DNA of 64,000 bases from Octopus sinensis (lineage: Eukaryota), in the NCBI RefSeq assembly GCF_006345805.1, contig NC_042997.1, positions 181,722,001 through 181,786,000 on the forward strand. Reading direction: 5' to 3'. The notes under the pieces were generated by a model. The model had not been told where the DNA came from. It searched no databases and saw only the letters and a program-made list of their open reading frames with translations. A program made the position numbers and the translations under genes. Shown in pieces: positions 27,110-41,096 of this stretch. The stretch's first letter is position 1; every line of letters starts with the position of its first letter.

Positions 27110-27990
27110 ATTATATATTCCCTGAAAAATATCATTGTCTCAGGCAGAAGGTTCTAAATTAAGCGTCTTAAAAATGATACTGGATGTTTATTGAGAAGGC
27201 TGAAGTGGAAGGTATTTGTATGCGATAGAGATATGTCTGATGCACCTAAAGATAACAGTTTTGATTTCAATAGTAGCAAAAACCATTTGCGCCTTAAAGA
27301 TATGGAAAGATGCGAGAAGGACCTTCACAATGATTTGGAACAGCGTTTGGAGCTTTATAACTATTTCAGTAACCTTTGATCAAGTGGACAAAACTAAAAT
27401 GATGTATGGAATGAAAAAGTACATGAATTTGCTGAGTAGATTGTTTTAGATAATGTTACTAATACATAAGCCTCCTATCAGTAAAAAAAATCACACATAC
27501 ACACACACAAAAGAATAACAAGTCAAATCATAAATATACAATCAGTAAATGTCAGTTAAAACTTGAAGACCGTATCGAACGTTTTAATCTAAACTAGGCG
27601 TATTTGACACTTAAGGATCATAAAGATAATTTTGTCAACGGCCTCAAATGGAGATTTATGAATCACATGGAAAGTTAATCGGGCATAGCCACTAAGCATA
27701 TGCTAGATTAGAAAAATACAAAATTAGATAAGCTACACATTTAGTGCAACAGAATTATAGCAATGCTATCATTGATTTCTTTAATACTATCGAAAATAAA
27801 CTCCGTTGTAGGCATATTTCGTTCGTGTGGTGTTTTATACGTTCTTATCTAGGAGTCTTCTACGATCGCTAGGATTTGGTAAAATACACGTTACTATACT
27901 TCAGACAGATAGTAATATAACAACAAAGGCTGGGAAATCATTGCTATTTAGTAATGATTCCTATAGGGTTGGGAAGAACGGAAACGAGCT
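27110..27990 (+). pseudogene. Penelope-like (Neptune-type) reverse transcriptase N-terminal remnant
   Basis: YSLKNI..LRRLKWK, DKTK.MY, KLEDRIERF..AYLTLKDHKDNF..KHMLD, IDFFNTIENK across stops and frameshifts. Confidence 0.75.
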
Positions 27991-28180
27991 CTTCAACATG
28001 TTCATGAAGAAATACAACAATGACGCTGAAGTATCATGTTTCGATGACCATTTTACTGTTGCACAAAGATGATGAGCTTGCTGTACTGCATAATAGGAAC
28101 AGACATGATGTGAATAGATATTTAGAGAGTTCAAACACACACACACACACACTCACATCACAAGTGTACTGCTCTCTCTC

Positions 28181-28212
<32 letters not shown>

Positions 28213-28778
28213 CTAGTGGAAATTCAACAGAACGGAAACTATTAAGAGAATCTATTTAAGAAAGAAAGGATGATTTGCATATTTATCACTTTCAGTCACA
28301 ATAATATATTATATGATTTTAAAAGTTCGCTCTGCTAAGCACTTTATATTTCTCCCTTTCTCTCTACCTCTTCAACAAATTTTTAACCATGTAATTCTCC
28401 TCTTCATATCTTTAACATTTCTCTCTTTCTCTTCACCTCTCACTTCCACTAAGCTCTTGAGTGGCAGCATAATGCATCGGTTGCCTATCTGCTCTCTCAC
28501 TCACTCTCATATTTCCTATTCCTCTCTCTCACTCCACCTCCTCTTCTTCTCTAACAAACTAAAACTTAAAGTGCGAACGAACAGGCAGAAGAATAGATTT
28601 AGTTCACTAAAAATACTTTTCACTGTCACCACGCCACCACCGCCACCACTACCACCATCATCATCACTATAGTAACAAAGCTAATTTCATTTCATTTCAG
28701 TCCAGCTGTTTGTTTATATCTTGCTCTCGGTATATCCCAACTCGGACAAAACAAACGCTATTTGCCCCCTCTCTCTCT

Positions 28779-28884
<106 letters not shown>

Positions 28885-29335
28885 CTTAAGGTAACTACTT
28901 CCCCTGTCTATCTCTCTCCATGTGCCTTTCTTTAATTTCTCCATCAGAACATCACCCTCTGCTAAATATTGTATCCTATACATATCTTTTCCTCTTTACT
29001 CTTCCCTAACCACCTAACAGCACGTTGTTAGAACTTCTTTCTCTCTTTTCTCTCTCTTCCCCTTTTCTATCACAGTATTTTTCGTTCGCTCTTCCCCCTC
29101 CCTTTAACACACCACGTGACGCATTGGCCTTATACATCTTTCTATATTTCTTCTTTACTTATTTCTTCTCTCCTCCTCTTCCACCTCTTCCTCCTCCTCC
29201 TCCTCCTCTCCTTCTCTCTCACTTTTACTCCACCGATCTAACCAACTAAAAAATATAACGGGGGAACGAACAAATAGATTATATATATATATATATATAT
29301 ATAAATACATATATATGTCAAATATATATAAATAC

Positions 29336-29405
<70 letters not shown>

Positions 29406-29439
29406 ATATACATACACGCGCACACAGACACACACACAA

Positions 29440-29475
<36 letters not shown>

Positions 29476-29476
<1 letters not shown>

Positions 29477-29668
29477 CAAGAAGGTATTGTACGCTTAAGT
29501 ACCCTAGGCGACAAATACGCTTCCTTAAAATACCCCATCACCCCATTTTAGCGAGAGGATAACTACATCCATCCAAAGAGCCTTAAAAAGAGAAGGATTA
29601 AACATACAAGTAGCCCAATCTGGCCCTCTCTGAGAAGGCACGTAGTAAAGAAACGAGCAAAGGACAGC
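29476..29668 (+). pseudogene. PLE RT-thumb/linker fragment within (TA)n
   Basis: SERITTSIQRALKREGLNIQVAQSGPSLRRHV (frameshifted) resembles the PLE segment between RT and GIY-YIG. Confidence 0.5.
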
Positions 29669-29832
29669 ATATATATATATATATATAATTCATAAATGAG
29701 GGCAAAGGAAAAAATTTCTAATGCCAAATATGCCGAAAAATTGGACATATTGTCCATTAACCATATAATTTTTTCACAATACGCACGCTACTCGAAAAAA
29801 GGTCGACAGACATTTCTAAAAAATGTTTTACC

Positions 29833-29887
29833 GTATCGGACCGATTTCAGAGTTAGCTACTAAGAGCCCTCTCTTCGTCAGTGATAC
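29833..29887 (-). ncRNA. Minimal hammerhead ribozyme, canonical core
   Basis: gtatca-CTGACGA-agag..ctct-GAAA-tcgg-TC-cgatac; first pair of stem I mismatched. Confidence 0.7.
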
Positions 29888-30151
29888 ATGTGGCAAAAGA
29901 AATAAGTGAGATACTTACTCATACCCATGGAAGAAGCAAACACTAAGTCATGAGCACAACTAAGTACCCCAAATATATATATTTATATATATATTTAATT
30001 AATTTTATTTGTTAGGGAATAAAAATTACGGCATAACAGGGATTCAAATTATTCTCAATGAGAAAATATATGTTTTCATTTAGAGATAGTTGGCCCCTTC
30101 ATCTCACCATATAAAATAAATTTAATTTAAATAATTACTACTTTATAACTT

Positions 30152-30246
30152 GGCTACACGGGTTTCATGAGGTATATTTCCCGGTTCCTTAACCACGTCG
30201 TGTTTTGCTGGAACCATTCATAAAATATAACCCCAATCATCAGGCC
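30152..30246 (-). ncRNA. Hammerhead ribozyme with long stem II, canonical core
   Basis: ggc-CTGATGA-ttggggttatattt..ggttcc..ggaacc..aaatatacctcat-GAAA-cccgtg-TA-gcc. Confidence 0.7.
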
Positions 30247-31123
30247 GCTATCTCACTTTCTTATAGTTTGGGTACTATAAACTATATTTTAATTTTTTAA
30301 ACAAATAAGTATGTGTAAAATAGTGCTTTGAGTGGAGGCAAATATACTGAGCAGATATTTTATGCGTGATTGGCATACGAAAGAACTGACAACAGCCGTA
30401 CTGAAAACTCTCGATTTAGAGGTTAGGCGTAATTGTTTCGGCACAAGAGTAAATGAATTTCCACTTCATTTTCAGTATATATATTATCTTGGATCTGAAA
30501 GAGGAAGAAATTGCAAATGCTTCAATCAAGCAGGATATTGTCGCAAAAGGATAACCTGTATTGCTAACGCACGTTACCTCAACCACGACTTGATCTTCCG
30601 AGATTGATTTAATTTCTCTTAAGTATAGAAAGCTCTCATTTTAATACTTGTAATAATGCGAAATCAATATAAGGCCTGGGCTTATATCTGTTAAACTTCT
30701 TTTTTTTTTTTCGTGTCTTTTAAAATTCTAATATGGCGACCTGAAAAATTGTGTGATCCCGATACCAAAACTGCAATATAAACATATCGTAAAATCTGCA
30801 TCGTTTCTATTCCTATTTCTCGTACATTTTTATTTCTTTTAATTCTCTTTGATAAAGGATATAAACCGAAACATTATATACCTTTCTATTCCTTGTATTT
30901 GACGTAATAATTTTCGCTGTACACATTTATTGCCTTTGTACATATTCTTGGCTATTTTCCGTGTCATATTTCTACGCATTTCCCCACATTTAACTTGTAT
31001 AAATCCTTATATCATTCATTTCTGTTACCTCCTCATTACTTCCGCAGTTTACTTGTGGGCTTTTAAAAATTTCTCCCTCTCTTTCTCCGACTGTCTGTCC
31101 GTCTGCCTGTCTGTCTTATTTCT

Positions 31124-31720
31124 TATTTCTTTATTGCTCACAAGGAGCTAAACATAGAGGGAACAAACAAGGACAGACAAACAGATTAAGTCGATTATAT
31201 CGACCCCAGTGCGTAACTGGTACTTAATTTATCGACCCCGAAAGGATGAAAGACAAAGTCGACCTTGGCGGAATTTGAACTCAGAACGTAAAGACAGACG
31301 AAATACCTATTTCTTTAGTACCCACAAGGGGCTGAACACAGAGAGGACAAGCAAGGACAGACAAACGGGTTAAGTCGATTATATCGACCCCAGTGCGTAA
31401 CTGGTACTTATTTAATCGACCCCGAAATGATGAAAGGCAAAGTCGACCTCAGCGGAATTTGAACTCAGAACGTAGCTGCAGGTGAAATACGTATTTCTTT
31501 ACTACCCACAAGGAGCTAAACACAGAGGGGACAAACAAGGACAGACAAAGGGATTAAGTCGATTACATCGACCCCAGTGCGTAACTGGCACTTATTTAAT
31601 CGAACCCGAAAGGATGAAAGGCAAAGTCGACCTCGGCGGAATTTGAACTCAGAACGCAGCGGCGGACGAAATCCCACAAAGCATTTCGCCCGGTGTGCTA
31701 ACGTTTCTGCCAGCTCGCCT
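31124..31720 (-). mobile_element. SINE family A trimer
   Basis: Three ~177-bp tandem bodies plus one head. Confidence 0.9.
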
Positions 31721-31750
31721 GTCTGCTTGTCTGTCAGTCTGTCTGCCTGT

Positions 31751-31823
<73 letters not shown>

Positions 31824-31827
31824 CATC

Positions 31828-31933
<106 letters not shown>

Positions 31934-32439
31934 CCAGTCTATCGATATGTGTGTGTGTGTTTGTGTATGTATATGTATATGTATATGTATATGTGTATGT
32001 GTGTATGTGTATGTGGATCTGTGTTTCCACGTGTGGATGTCTTGTGTTCGTATATATGTATCTTTTCGACCTGCTGTATACTTCTATCCCATTATTATCA
32101 ATAAATTGACTATAATTAGCAATTAAATCACATTAACTATTATTTAATCTATATCTTCAATGATTTTCTTACACCCCATTCAGAACTGATCGATATTTTG
32201 CAATTTTTCTATAAAAGTTATCTCCCGAAATTGCTTTCACTTATGGATATTCAGTTAGATTAGAGTTCGGAGACTTCCAGCTTAACAACTGTCTTCGTTT
32301 ATGTTTCAATGTTTTTGTTTGCTCCTTTTATACTTAAACAATGCTAAGCAAGTAAAAAATTGAATGGAGAGAGCTTCTACGTGGTGTCGAGCTGTTAGAA
32401 ATCGCTATAAGAAAAGGCATTTTTAAATAATTTTTTTGA

Positions 32440-32717
32440 TGCGCCCTTTTCAAGCCTAGCCAGGCTCATGGGTCCGGTTTCTCGGTTTCTGTGGCACATG
32501 TGTCCCCCCCCCCCAGCTGGACAGGACGCCAGTCCATCGCAGCGTTACTCAAGAAACAGGAAGAAAGAGTGAAAGTTGGGGCGAAAGAGTACAAAAGCTC
32601 GTGAAGCTTTTAGGTGTTTTTGCTCAATAAACGCACACAACGCCCGGTCTGGGAATCGAAACTGCGATCCTCCGACCGCGAGTCCGATGCCCTAACCACT
32701 GGACCATCGCGCCTCCA
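32440..32717 (-). mobile_element. SINE family C relative
   Basis: Head is the reverse complement of 13175-13290; different 3' body. Confidence 0.75.
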
Positions 32718-33059
32718 CAAAGAAAAGGTATATTGGAGAATATATGCAAAAAAGGAAAGGTTGGTCACGGACGGAACACATTAGATCATAGCTCTATTGT
32801 GTAATGTCATCATTGATTTCTGCTATACTGGACTGGAGCTTGATTATAGCTAGATGAAGAAGAAGGAGAAAGGAGAGAAGAAGAAGAAGAAGAAGGAGAA
32901 GAAGAAGAAGAGCAACAACAACAACAACAACAACAACGACAACGACGAAACAACCATTCGTTAAAAAGATTCGATTCTCGTTCATCGTTGCTATTTAATG
33001 AACTATAGTATCGTGATATCGTACGTGAACAGAACGTAACAAGTAGTATGTAAAAATGA

Positions 33060-33690
33060 CTCGTGACCGAGACCTTTGGAAATATGCTGTGCTTGAGAAG
33101 ACTCCACAAGCCAAGTGAGACCATAACCCGTGGCCCATGCCAGGGGTGTAACCAGCCAGCTTATGCGTATCTTTCCTTCATTGGACACTAAACTCTGCTT
33201 TGTTGAAGCAAGTGAAATCGAAATCGAAATCAAATCCGATGACAGCACCGCATGATTGACATCCGTGCCAGTGGAGCGCTATGAACTATCCGAGCATGAT
33301 CATTGCCAGAGCAGCTGAGTGGCCCCCGTGCCAGTGGTACGTAAAAAGCACCATTCGAGCGTTACCAGCATCGCCTTACTGGCACTTCTACCGGTGGCAC
33401 GTGAAAAAATATTCGAGCGAGGTTGTTGCCAGTGCCGCTGGACTGGCTCCTGTGCAGGTGGAACGTAAAAAGCACCATTTGAGCATGGCCGTTGCCAGTA
33501 CCGCCTGACTGGCCTTCGTGTCGGTGGCACGTAAAAGCACATACTACACTCTCGGAGTGGTTGGCGTCAGGAAGGGCATCCAGCTGTAGAAACTCTGCCA
33601 GACCAGATTGGAGCCTGGTGCAGCCATCTGGTTCGCCAGACCTCAGTCAAATCGTCCAACCCATGCCTGCATGGAAAGCGGACGTTAAAC

Positions 33691-33722
<32 letters not shown>
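33060..33722 (+). mobile_element. SINE/non-autonomous retroelement with RTE-like 3' region and (GAT)n tail
   Basis: Four internal gtggcacgtaaaaagcac-type repeats; ggttggcgtcaggaagggcatccagctgta motif; ggacgttaaac(gat)n end. A 3' tip of the same family lies on the minus strand at about 45682-45737. Confidence 0.7.
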
Positions 33723-33723
<1 letters not shown>

Positions 33724-33747
33724 ATATATATATATATATATATATAT

Positions 33748-33940
33748 CAAAGCGGCGAGCTGGTAGAATCATCAACATTTCTGTCTTCAAGTTCTGAGTT
33801 CAAATTTTGCCGAGGTCGTTTTTATGTCATCCTTTCCGGGTCGATAAAGTGTTGAATAAATACTGGGTTCGAACGTAATCAACTCCCCACCCGCCACTTC
33901 CACTGAAATTGCTGGCCTTGTGCCAAGATTTGAATCCAAA
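33748..33940 (+). mobile_element. SINE family A monomer, decayed
   Basis: gcggcgagctgg.agaa head, core, and gaaattgctggccttgtgcc end. Confidence 0.75.
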
Positions 33941-34015
33941 ATGTTCACACAAACACAAACACACACATAAACATAAACATATACACACACACACATAGAT
34001 ATACGCGCGCGCACA

Positions 34016-34048
<33 letters not shown>

Positions 34049-34569
34049 TGCTTGATTAATCGTTTCAGTCTTGTTTTATTTTATGATAACTTTCAAGCAA
34101 AGACTTTTCTATTGTAGTAATAGTAACATCACCTCTTTGTCTCAAATTACAAGTATGTGAAGATCATAAACACGAAAGCATAAATATACGGGTATAAAAC
34201 ATACAAGCATTAATTAAATGCTAAAAAGAAAAATACAATAAGACATGGCGTATATAAAGTTAAGTTGATCACTGTTCTTGATAGTTAAACAAATACGTTA
34301 TGGCTACAACATAAACTTGAAACCAACACTCTATAATGAACACAAGGTTTTTTTAGAGCTATATCTAATTTCACCGAAGTAAAAGTAATACAGGCGTAAA
34401 CTGTCGGAAAAAAATGAACTATTGAGTTACATTTTTTTCTTATGTTACATTTTTTTTTCTTGTAGATTCATTTGAAAAATATAATAAAAATGTCTCTATC
34501 AGTATATCATTAGTACGCGCATATGTGTGTATGAATTTGTGTGCGTAGGTGTATATAAATATAGACATA

Positions 34570-34954
34570 CTAGCAGTATCGCCCGGCGTTGCTCATTTTG
34601 TAAGGGAAATAACTATAAAGCATTTTTAGAGAGTTATAGCCAAAAAATAGCAAAAAAATGGAAAAAAAATGATGGTAAATTTTTTTTGAGAGTAAAAAAA
34701 GGTTGAGTTGCGTCCCCTAGACAGTCTGTGGTTTGTTTTTTTTTATTCTCGACCCCATGTCGAATTTATCGATTTTTTTCAGAACTGGGGGAACTTTTCA
34801 AAATTTTCGCTGCGTTAGTTTTGAATTATGACATTGGGCTATGTGTGTGTCAAGTTTCATCAGAATCGGTTGAAAGCCGTGGTCAGGGTGAATGTACAAG
34901 CAAACAGACACACAGAAACACGCACAGACAAACTGCCGTTTATATAGAGAGAGA
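34570..34954 (-). mobile_element. Non-autonomous Helitron
   Basis: Minus strand starts A|TCtctctctatataaacggcag and ends gagcaacgccgggcgatactgCTAG|T (AT insertion, no TSD). Confidence 0.8.
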
Positions 34955-34957
34955 TTT

Positions 34958-35372
34958 AAGGCGGCGAGCTGGCAGAAACGTTACCACGCCGGGCGAAATG
35001 CTTTGCGGTATTTCGTCCGCCGCTGCGTTCTGAGTTCAAATTCCGCCGAGGTCGACTTTGCCTTTCATCCTTTCGGGATCAATTAAATATGTACCAGTTA
35101 CGCACTGGGTCGATGTAATCGACTTAATCTCGTTTGTCTGTCTTTGTTTGTCCTCTCTGTGTTTAGCCCCTTGTGGGTAGTAAAGAAATAGGTTTTTCGT
35201 CGGTCTTTACGTTCTGAGTTCAAATTCCGCCGAGGTCAACTTTGCTTTTCATCCTTTCGGGGTCGATAAATAAAGTACCAGTTACGCACTGGGGTCGATG
35301 TAATCTACTTAATCCCTTTGTCTGTCTTTGTTTGTCTCCTCTATGCTTAGACCCTTGTGGGCAATAAAGAAA
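34958..35372 (+). mobile_element. SINE family A dimer
   Basis: Head plus two bodies. Confidence 0.9.
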
Positions 35373-36060
35373 TGTATATCAACATATTTTCAATAACATG
35401 TGCATACAAAAATCTTAACTGTCACTCGTAGAGAGTATAACTATGTAGTTTGTACGACGCTTTCGCTAATTGTGGCGTGAGATTTGATGGAAATTTGGTA
35501 GCTACTCCTTACAAGTGGTGCAGTCATATTGAAGCACCCTCATTGTCTTAGCTTTTGTTCGCTGTTTTATTTGATAAAATAACGTGGTTCGTTTTTGTAG
35601 AAGCTAAGTTAACCTCTCTCTTATTCTTTCACTTTCACTCTGTCTTTTTACTTTCTCATTCTGTTGCTCATTCACCTTTAATGTTCATACTTTGACCTGC
35701 AGTTCTACATTCTTCTAAATTTCGTTTTTAAAGTCTATTTTCTTTACATATATAACACAATTATTTATATTGATAACAGTTTGAAGATTTTCTTTCTTTT
35801 ATTTAAATCTCTTCTCATGATACTTCATAAACCCCTAGTACGGTCATTAAAAGTACCTCTTAATTGAGAAAAAGGTGTGTTATTTTGCATATTGTTGTTA
35901 GATGGTACTTCTAACCTCCCTGCTTCTACAAAGAAAACTAATAAATGATAAGAAAACGTACGTACGTACGTACATATGTACATACATACATACATACATA
36001 CATACATACATACATACATACATACATACATACATACATACATACATACATACATACATG

Positions 36061-36276
36061 ATGGCTTCCCCCTCGTTATCGAGTATGGCCATTGCACGAA
36101 GCTTAACTGTTATGGTGTTGTGATCGAATGTGACTTTTTAGCCCAGCTAAAGATCCACTATGTCTTGTACAGAATTGGCAGATAAAATCTTTACCCGCAG
36201 TAGCCGGCTGTAGTTGTAACTGGGCTTCATGTACCTTTGCATGTCGTTTAAGTCCTCCTGCCGAATTACACTCTCT
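36061..36276 (-). mobile_element. RTE-clade LINE 3' tip within (ATGT)n
   Basis: Homologous to about 52826-53041; encodes ECNSAGGLKRHAKVH and CQFCTRHSGSLAGLKSHIRSQH. Confidence 0.85.
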
Positions 36277-36589
36277 ATACATACATACATACATACATAC
36301 ATACATACATACATACATACATACATGCATGCATGCATGCATACATACATACATACATACATACATACATACACACATACATACATACATACATGCATGC
36401 TGCATGCATGCATGCATGCATACATACATACATACATACATACATACATACATACATACATACATACATACATACATACATACATACATGCATGCATGCA
36501 TACATACATACATACATACCAACTTATTCTTCGTAACTCCAACTCTTGACGCTGATGTGACCGATTACCGATTGAATGTGTGAAGTGTG

Positions 36590-37350
36590 AATGCGGAAGC
36601 TAAGATTGTAGCAAATGTGAAATCATTTTTAATTGAAGTTTTATTAACAATGCGAGCTTGTAAAACAAATATGGGGAAGACTTTTGGCAGGAAACCAGAA
36701 TTTGGAGAGTGGGTAATGTTGCAGTAAGTGGATGTATGAATACAACCTTTTCTCGTTTCAGTTGTTGCAGTGGCATACAAAAGACACTAAATATTTTAGC
36801 GAGTGCTTTCTGTGTTTCCGTGTTCTTTTTACCTCAGCTGTTGTCTCTGGAGGTTCTTTATAGATATGGGATTTGGTTGTTTCAGATGAGTCAAAGAGGA
36901 ATACATTTGCTCTCAGGGTATTCGGTATATAAGTAGTCGAACACCGGCTTGTTAGCTGCTTTGAAGTACCATAAGGTACGTTATTGGGGTGTATGCAGTT
37001 TCAGGTTGTAGGTATATTACCATGATTAGACAGAGAAAAGACGCCCTGATGGTGGTCGGATAGCGCCTGCGTATGGTGGCAAGAAACAGATTTAAACTAT
37101 TAGTGTTGATGTCGATGTGACTGTCAAAGAAAAAGCAGGCGATTGGCTTTTAACTGGTGCACGTTGTGGGTAACGAACCATACAGTACGGGAGGAATAGT
37201 AGAATGAAAAGTAACGGGATTTGTGTACATTGAAGTTACTAAGGATGATGGTTTCAGAGAGATGTGCTTGTAGGATGAGATACCTGCTTGCTACAGAAGA
37301 CGTGAGATACTCTAATACCAAACGACAATTGCAGGAATTTGGGCAGCTGT
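36590..37350 (-). pseudogene. Highly decayed LINE apurinic-endonuclease region
   Basis: Y..PNS..LEYLTS..IILSNFNVH resembles the APE YRSP / GDFN motifs; boundaries approximate. Confidence 0.45.
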
Positions 37351-37863
37351 AAAACTGCAGATGAACGTAGCAGAATAGGGTACAAAAAATTTGAGCGAAA
37401 ATATATAGAAAAAATAAAATATATAAAATTGCTGAAGGATAAAATACAAACAAAATATAATAGCTTAGAATATGCATGTATATATATATACACACGTACC
37501 ACACACGTATATAGAGGTATATAATATTTAGGTCTGTTAGCACAAACACATTATTACATCTATATACACTTAAGCACATGCATACACGCAAACACATATA
37601 TTTACATATGGAATGTTTGTACCTGCATTAACCATAGGCACCTGCATAATATTGCACCGTGAATGAAAGCACATACCATTGTTCATCTAAATACCTGCAT
37701 ATTCTCTTCTTGTCTGTCTTACATAATCTTCTTTAGTGTTTCAGTTTTTTCTTTTCTTTTTTTTTTTAACACTTCACACTTCATCCGCCATCTTTCTACC
37801 TGCCACTTTATGTATAAATGTATCTGATTGTATGAACACACACACACATACATACACGCACGC

Positions 37864-37923
<60 letters not shown>

Positions 37924-38250
37924 TCACACACACACACATGTATACATGCGTACATATAAATATGTGTATGTATTTTCATATGTATATATATTCACAGGCA
38001 CATATATATCCACTTATGTGTATATATACGTACATGTGTAAATGCATACATTATATATATATATATATATATATGTGTAAATATATACGTATATATACAC
38101 ATATATATCCATATACAGACACACACACATAGATGTATTCCATAAAGTACATGAATATATAGACATTTCTGTCCCTCTCTCCCTCCCTCCATCCGTCCGT
38201 CCGTCCGTCCATCCATCCATCCATCCATCCATCCATCCATCCATCTATCC

Positions 38251-38320
<70 letters not shown>

Positions 38321-38344
38321 ATATATATATATATATATACATCC

Positions 38345-38377
<33 letters not shown>

Positions 38378-38422
38378 GCTAGCTAGCTAGCTAGCTACCT
38401 ACCTACCTACTGTATGTCCCCC

Positions 38423-38481
<59 letters not shown>

Positions 38482-38517
38482 ATGGAAGGGTGGGAGGGTG
38501 GGAATAGATGAATAGTT

Positions 38518-38880
38518 ATAGGCATGAGTGAATGATTAAAATATTTACGACACAATTTTTAAATCATAGAGTGTCAGACTGGAGCCTAGTGCATGACATC
38601 TTGAGCAAGTCGTTCCTCTGCCATAGCCTCGAATTGATCTAATCCTTGTGAGACAAGTTGTGTAGATGGAAACTGTATGGATGCCTCTTGAATGAATTAT
38701 ATTTCTAATTCAAAGGACACGGAGTAATAAGATTCAGCCGCATCACTGTGTGTCACGTCGACTCCTCTTGAGAATTACGTTAAGGAAACACTTGTCTGGA
38801 ATACACACAGCCACTTAAATGGTTATGTAATGAGTTTGTTGTTCAGTTGATTGAACAACTAGATGCTCATACGTAGCTCT
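38518..38880 (+). mobile_element. Decayed SINE (family B/C-like)
   Basis: cttgagcaagt CORE-like box; ctgtgtgtcacg..gagaattacgttaagg similar to 13405-13480. Confidence 0.55.
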
Positions 38881-39189
38881 CCTCGACAAAGCAAGTATAT
38901 ATATATATATATACATATGTGTGTGTATCTATATATATGTATATATATACATATATATGCTTACATAGGTATACACACACATAGTTATACACATCCATAT
39001 ACACGCGCGTACACCATTATATAATGCAGATGTACCTGGCTATCTTTATTTCTTTCTTTACATTTGCGTGTGTTTCTGTATGTATGTGTGTATGTGTATG
39101 TATGCATATATGTGTGTTGTGTGTCGGTGTGGATAAACAAGCGGAAAAGTCAGTAGTGAATGCATGTAGCAGAGTTTATATTTTAAAAG

Positions 39190-39645
39190 GTGCACTCTAA
39201 AATGTTTAAGAGCTTTCCAGAATAGGTATTTATTAATTGTAAAGAAGTACAAGACTCTGATTACCTTCGAAGTATGATCGTCCGACTTCAATGTATTTCT
39301 TTTTGCGATCCAGCCACTTCCTGAAGGTCCCATAGAGGTCTTCCAGGTTGAAGACACCCAGGACCCTTGTCACACACGCCTTCATCTTCTCAATGTCTTT
39401 AAAAGGGATTGACCCTGAGGTTTTCCTTCAGCTTGGTGACTAGTGAGGGTGAGGGAGTGTTTTGATGCCTATCTCTGCCAAGTAGTTGGTTACTAGGATA
39501 GAGTAGTGGACTGGTACATTTCTCTGGTGCAGGTGCCTTCGCCTTTGGCAATGAAATCTCTTAATGAGCTCTCTCAAAACCTCCACAAAGTACACTTTGT
39601 TGACCTTCTAGCCAAAAGGGACCCGATGGATGTAGCTGACACCCA
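39190..39645 (-). mobile_element. Mariner transposase C-terminal remnant
   Basis: NVPVHYSILVTNYLAEIGIKTLPHP..FKDIEKMK..FRKWLDR.KKYIEVGRSYFEG. Confidence 0.75.
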
Positions 39646-39764
39646 TTCTTATTTATTTACTGCCCACAGGGGCAACACACAGAGGGGACGAACAAGAACA
39701 GACAAACGGATTACGTCGATTATATCGACCCCAGTGCGTAACTGGTACTTAATTTATCGACCTA

Positions 39765-40915
39765 CCCAGAATTCAAGGAGGTCGAAGCTTAATACAGTCT
39801 GAAATTTCTTACAAAACTACCAGAATTGGATTGGCAAAATATCTTGAAACAACTAACGACTGGATGCTAAAGCTCGTTGAGAACCACGAAAGATGTACGA
39901 AGCTTCATTCTGTAGTTGCAAAGACGGTGAAATCAACAACAAAGCAAAACGCGTTTGAACAATTGGCTGATATGGGGGAACAAAAACCTCTGCATGACAT
40001 ATATGTAGCCGTAGCAAGCAAGCTGATGTAGACCACAAGTATAGCCATCAGTGGCTATGGGACTCAGGGCTAAAGGCAGAGAGTGAAGGCTTTATCTTGG
40101 CTGTTCAAGATCAGAGCTTTATTGACTCGTAATATTCAAGCCAATGTGATGAAAAATAGAGCAGACCCAAATTGCTGATATTGCAACGATGGGATTGAAA
40201 CAATGGACCACCTAATCTCTGGATATAAGGTTTTAACACCTGTAGAGTACAGATCAACACATGACAGAGTTGACCAATATCTACATTGGATAATGTGTCG
40301 GCATCATAAAATCAAAACTGCTGACAAATGTACAAGGACCACCCCGAGGTTGTCATTGAGGGAGAAAATGTAACGATTCTTTGGGACTTTCTAGTGTGTA
40401 CAGACCGGAACATCGAATCAAATAAACCAGATATTTTAATGAAAGATCAAAACAATAAAGTCTGTTTATTGGCTGATATGTACATACCCTGAACATTTGC
40501 TAATCGAAATCGAAAAGATGTGGCCTTTCAAGACGGTTACAATACAAATGATTGTGGGAGCACTTGAAATGATAAAAAAAAAGGAACTGGAAATCATTTA
40601 AGAATGATCCCTGGCTTACCACCCATGAAGGAAGTGCAAAAGATTGTCTTGACTGGTATGTCACACATACTGAGAAGAGCATTGTCGCTGTGAACTTTCT
40701 TTCCTTTTCCCCCCCTTTATTTATTTGTTAACACTTAATTTTTTTTAATTTTTTCTCTGTCTTTCTTCCCTTTTTTCTGTCACATGCCTTTGTAAATGAA
40801 CAATCTGGCGTGTTTATTTTAATGGTCTACCAATGTAGGCAGTGCATTTCTCTGCCTTAGGTGCCAGGAAGTCACTCGGCAAGAAATAAAAACAGAATTG
40901 AAAGAAGATAATAAC
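39765..40915 (+). mobile_element. Decayed R4/Dong-type LINE 3' part (preceded by a SINE A fragment at 39646-39762)
   Basis: GLAKYLETTNDWMLKLV, SGLKAESEGFILAVQDQ, HD, WDF, KPDI, ILRRALSL* with many lesions; ends in a TAA/TAC array. Confidence 0.85.
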
Positions 40916-40920
40916 GATGA

Positions 40921-40991
<71 letters not shown>

Positions 40992-41059
40992 TAATAATGA
41001 TAATAATAATAATAATACTGACGATGATAATGATGCTGCTGCTGCTGATAATAATAATA

Positions 41060-41096
<37 letters not shown>

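Noticed and set aside
33330-33545. Regularly spaced repeats resembling a CRISPR array (also the SINE arrays)
   Set aside because: The spacers are themselves homologous, the repeats are degenerate, there are no cas genes, and the context is a eukaryotic retroelement.
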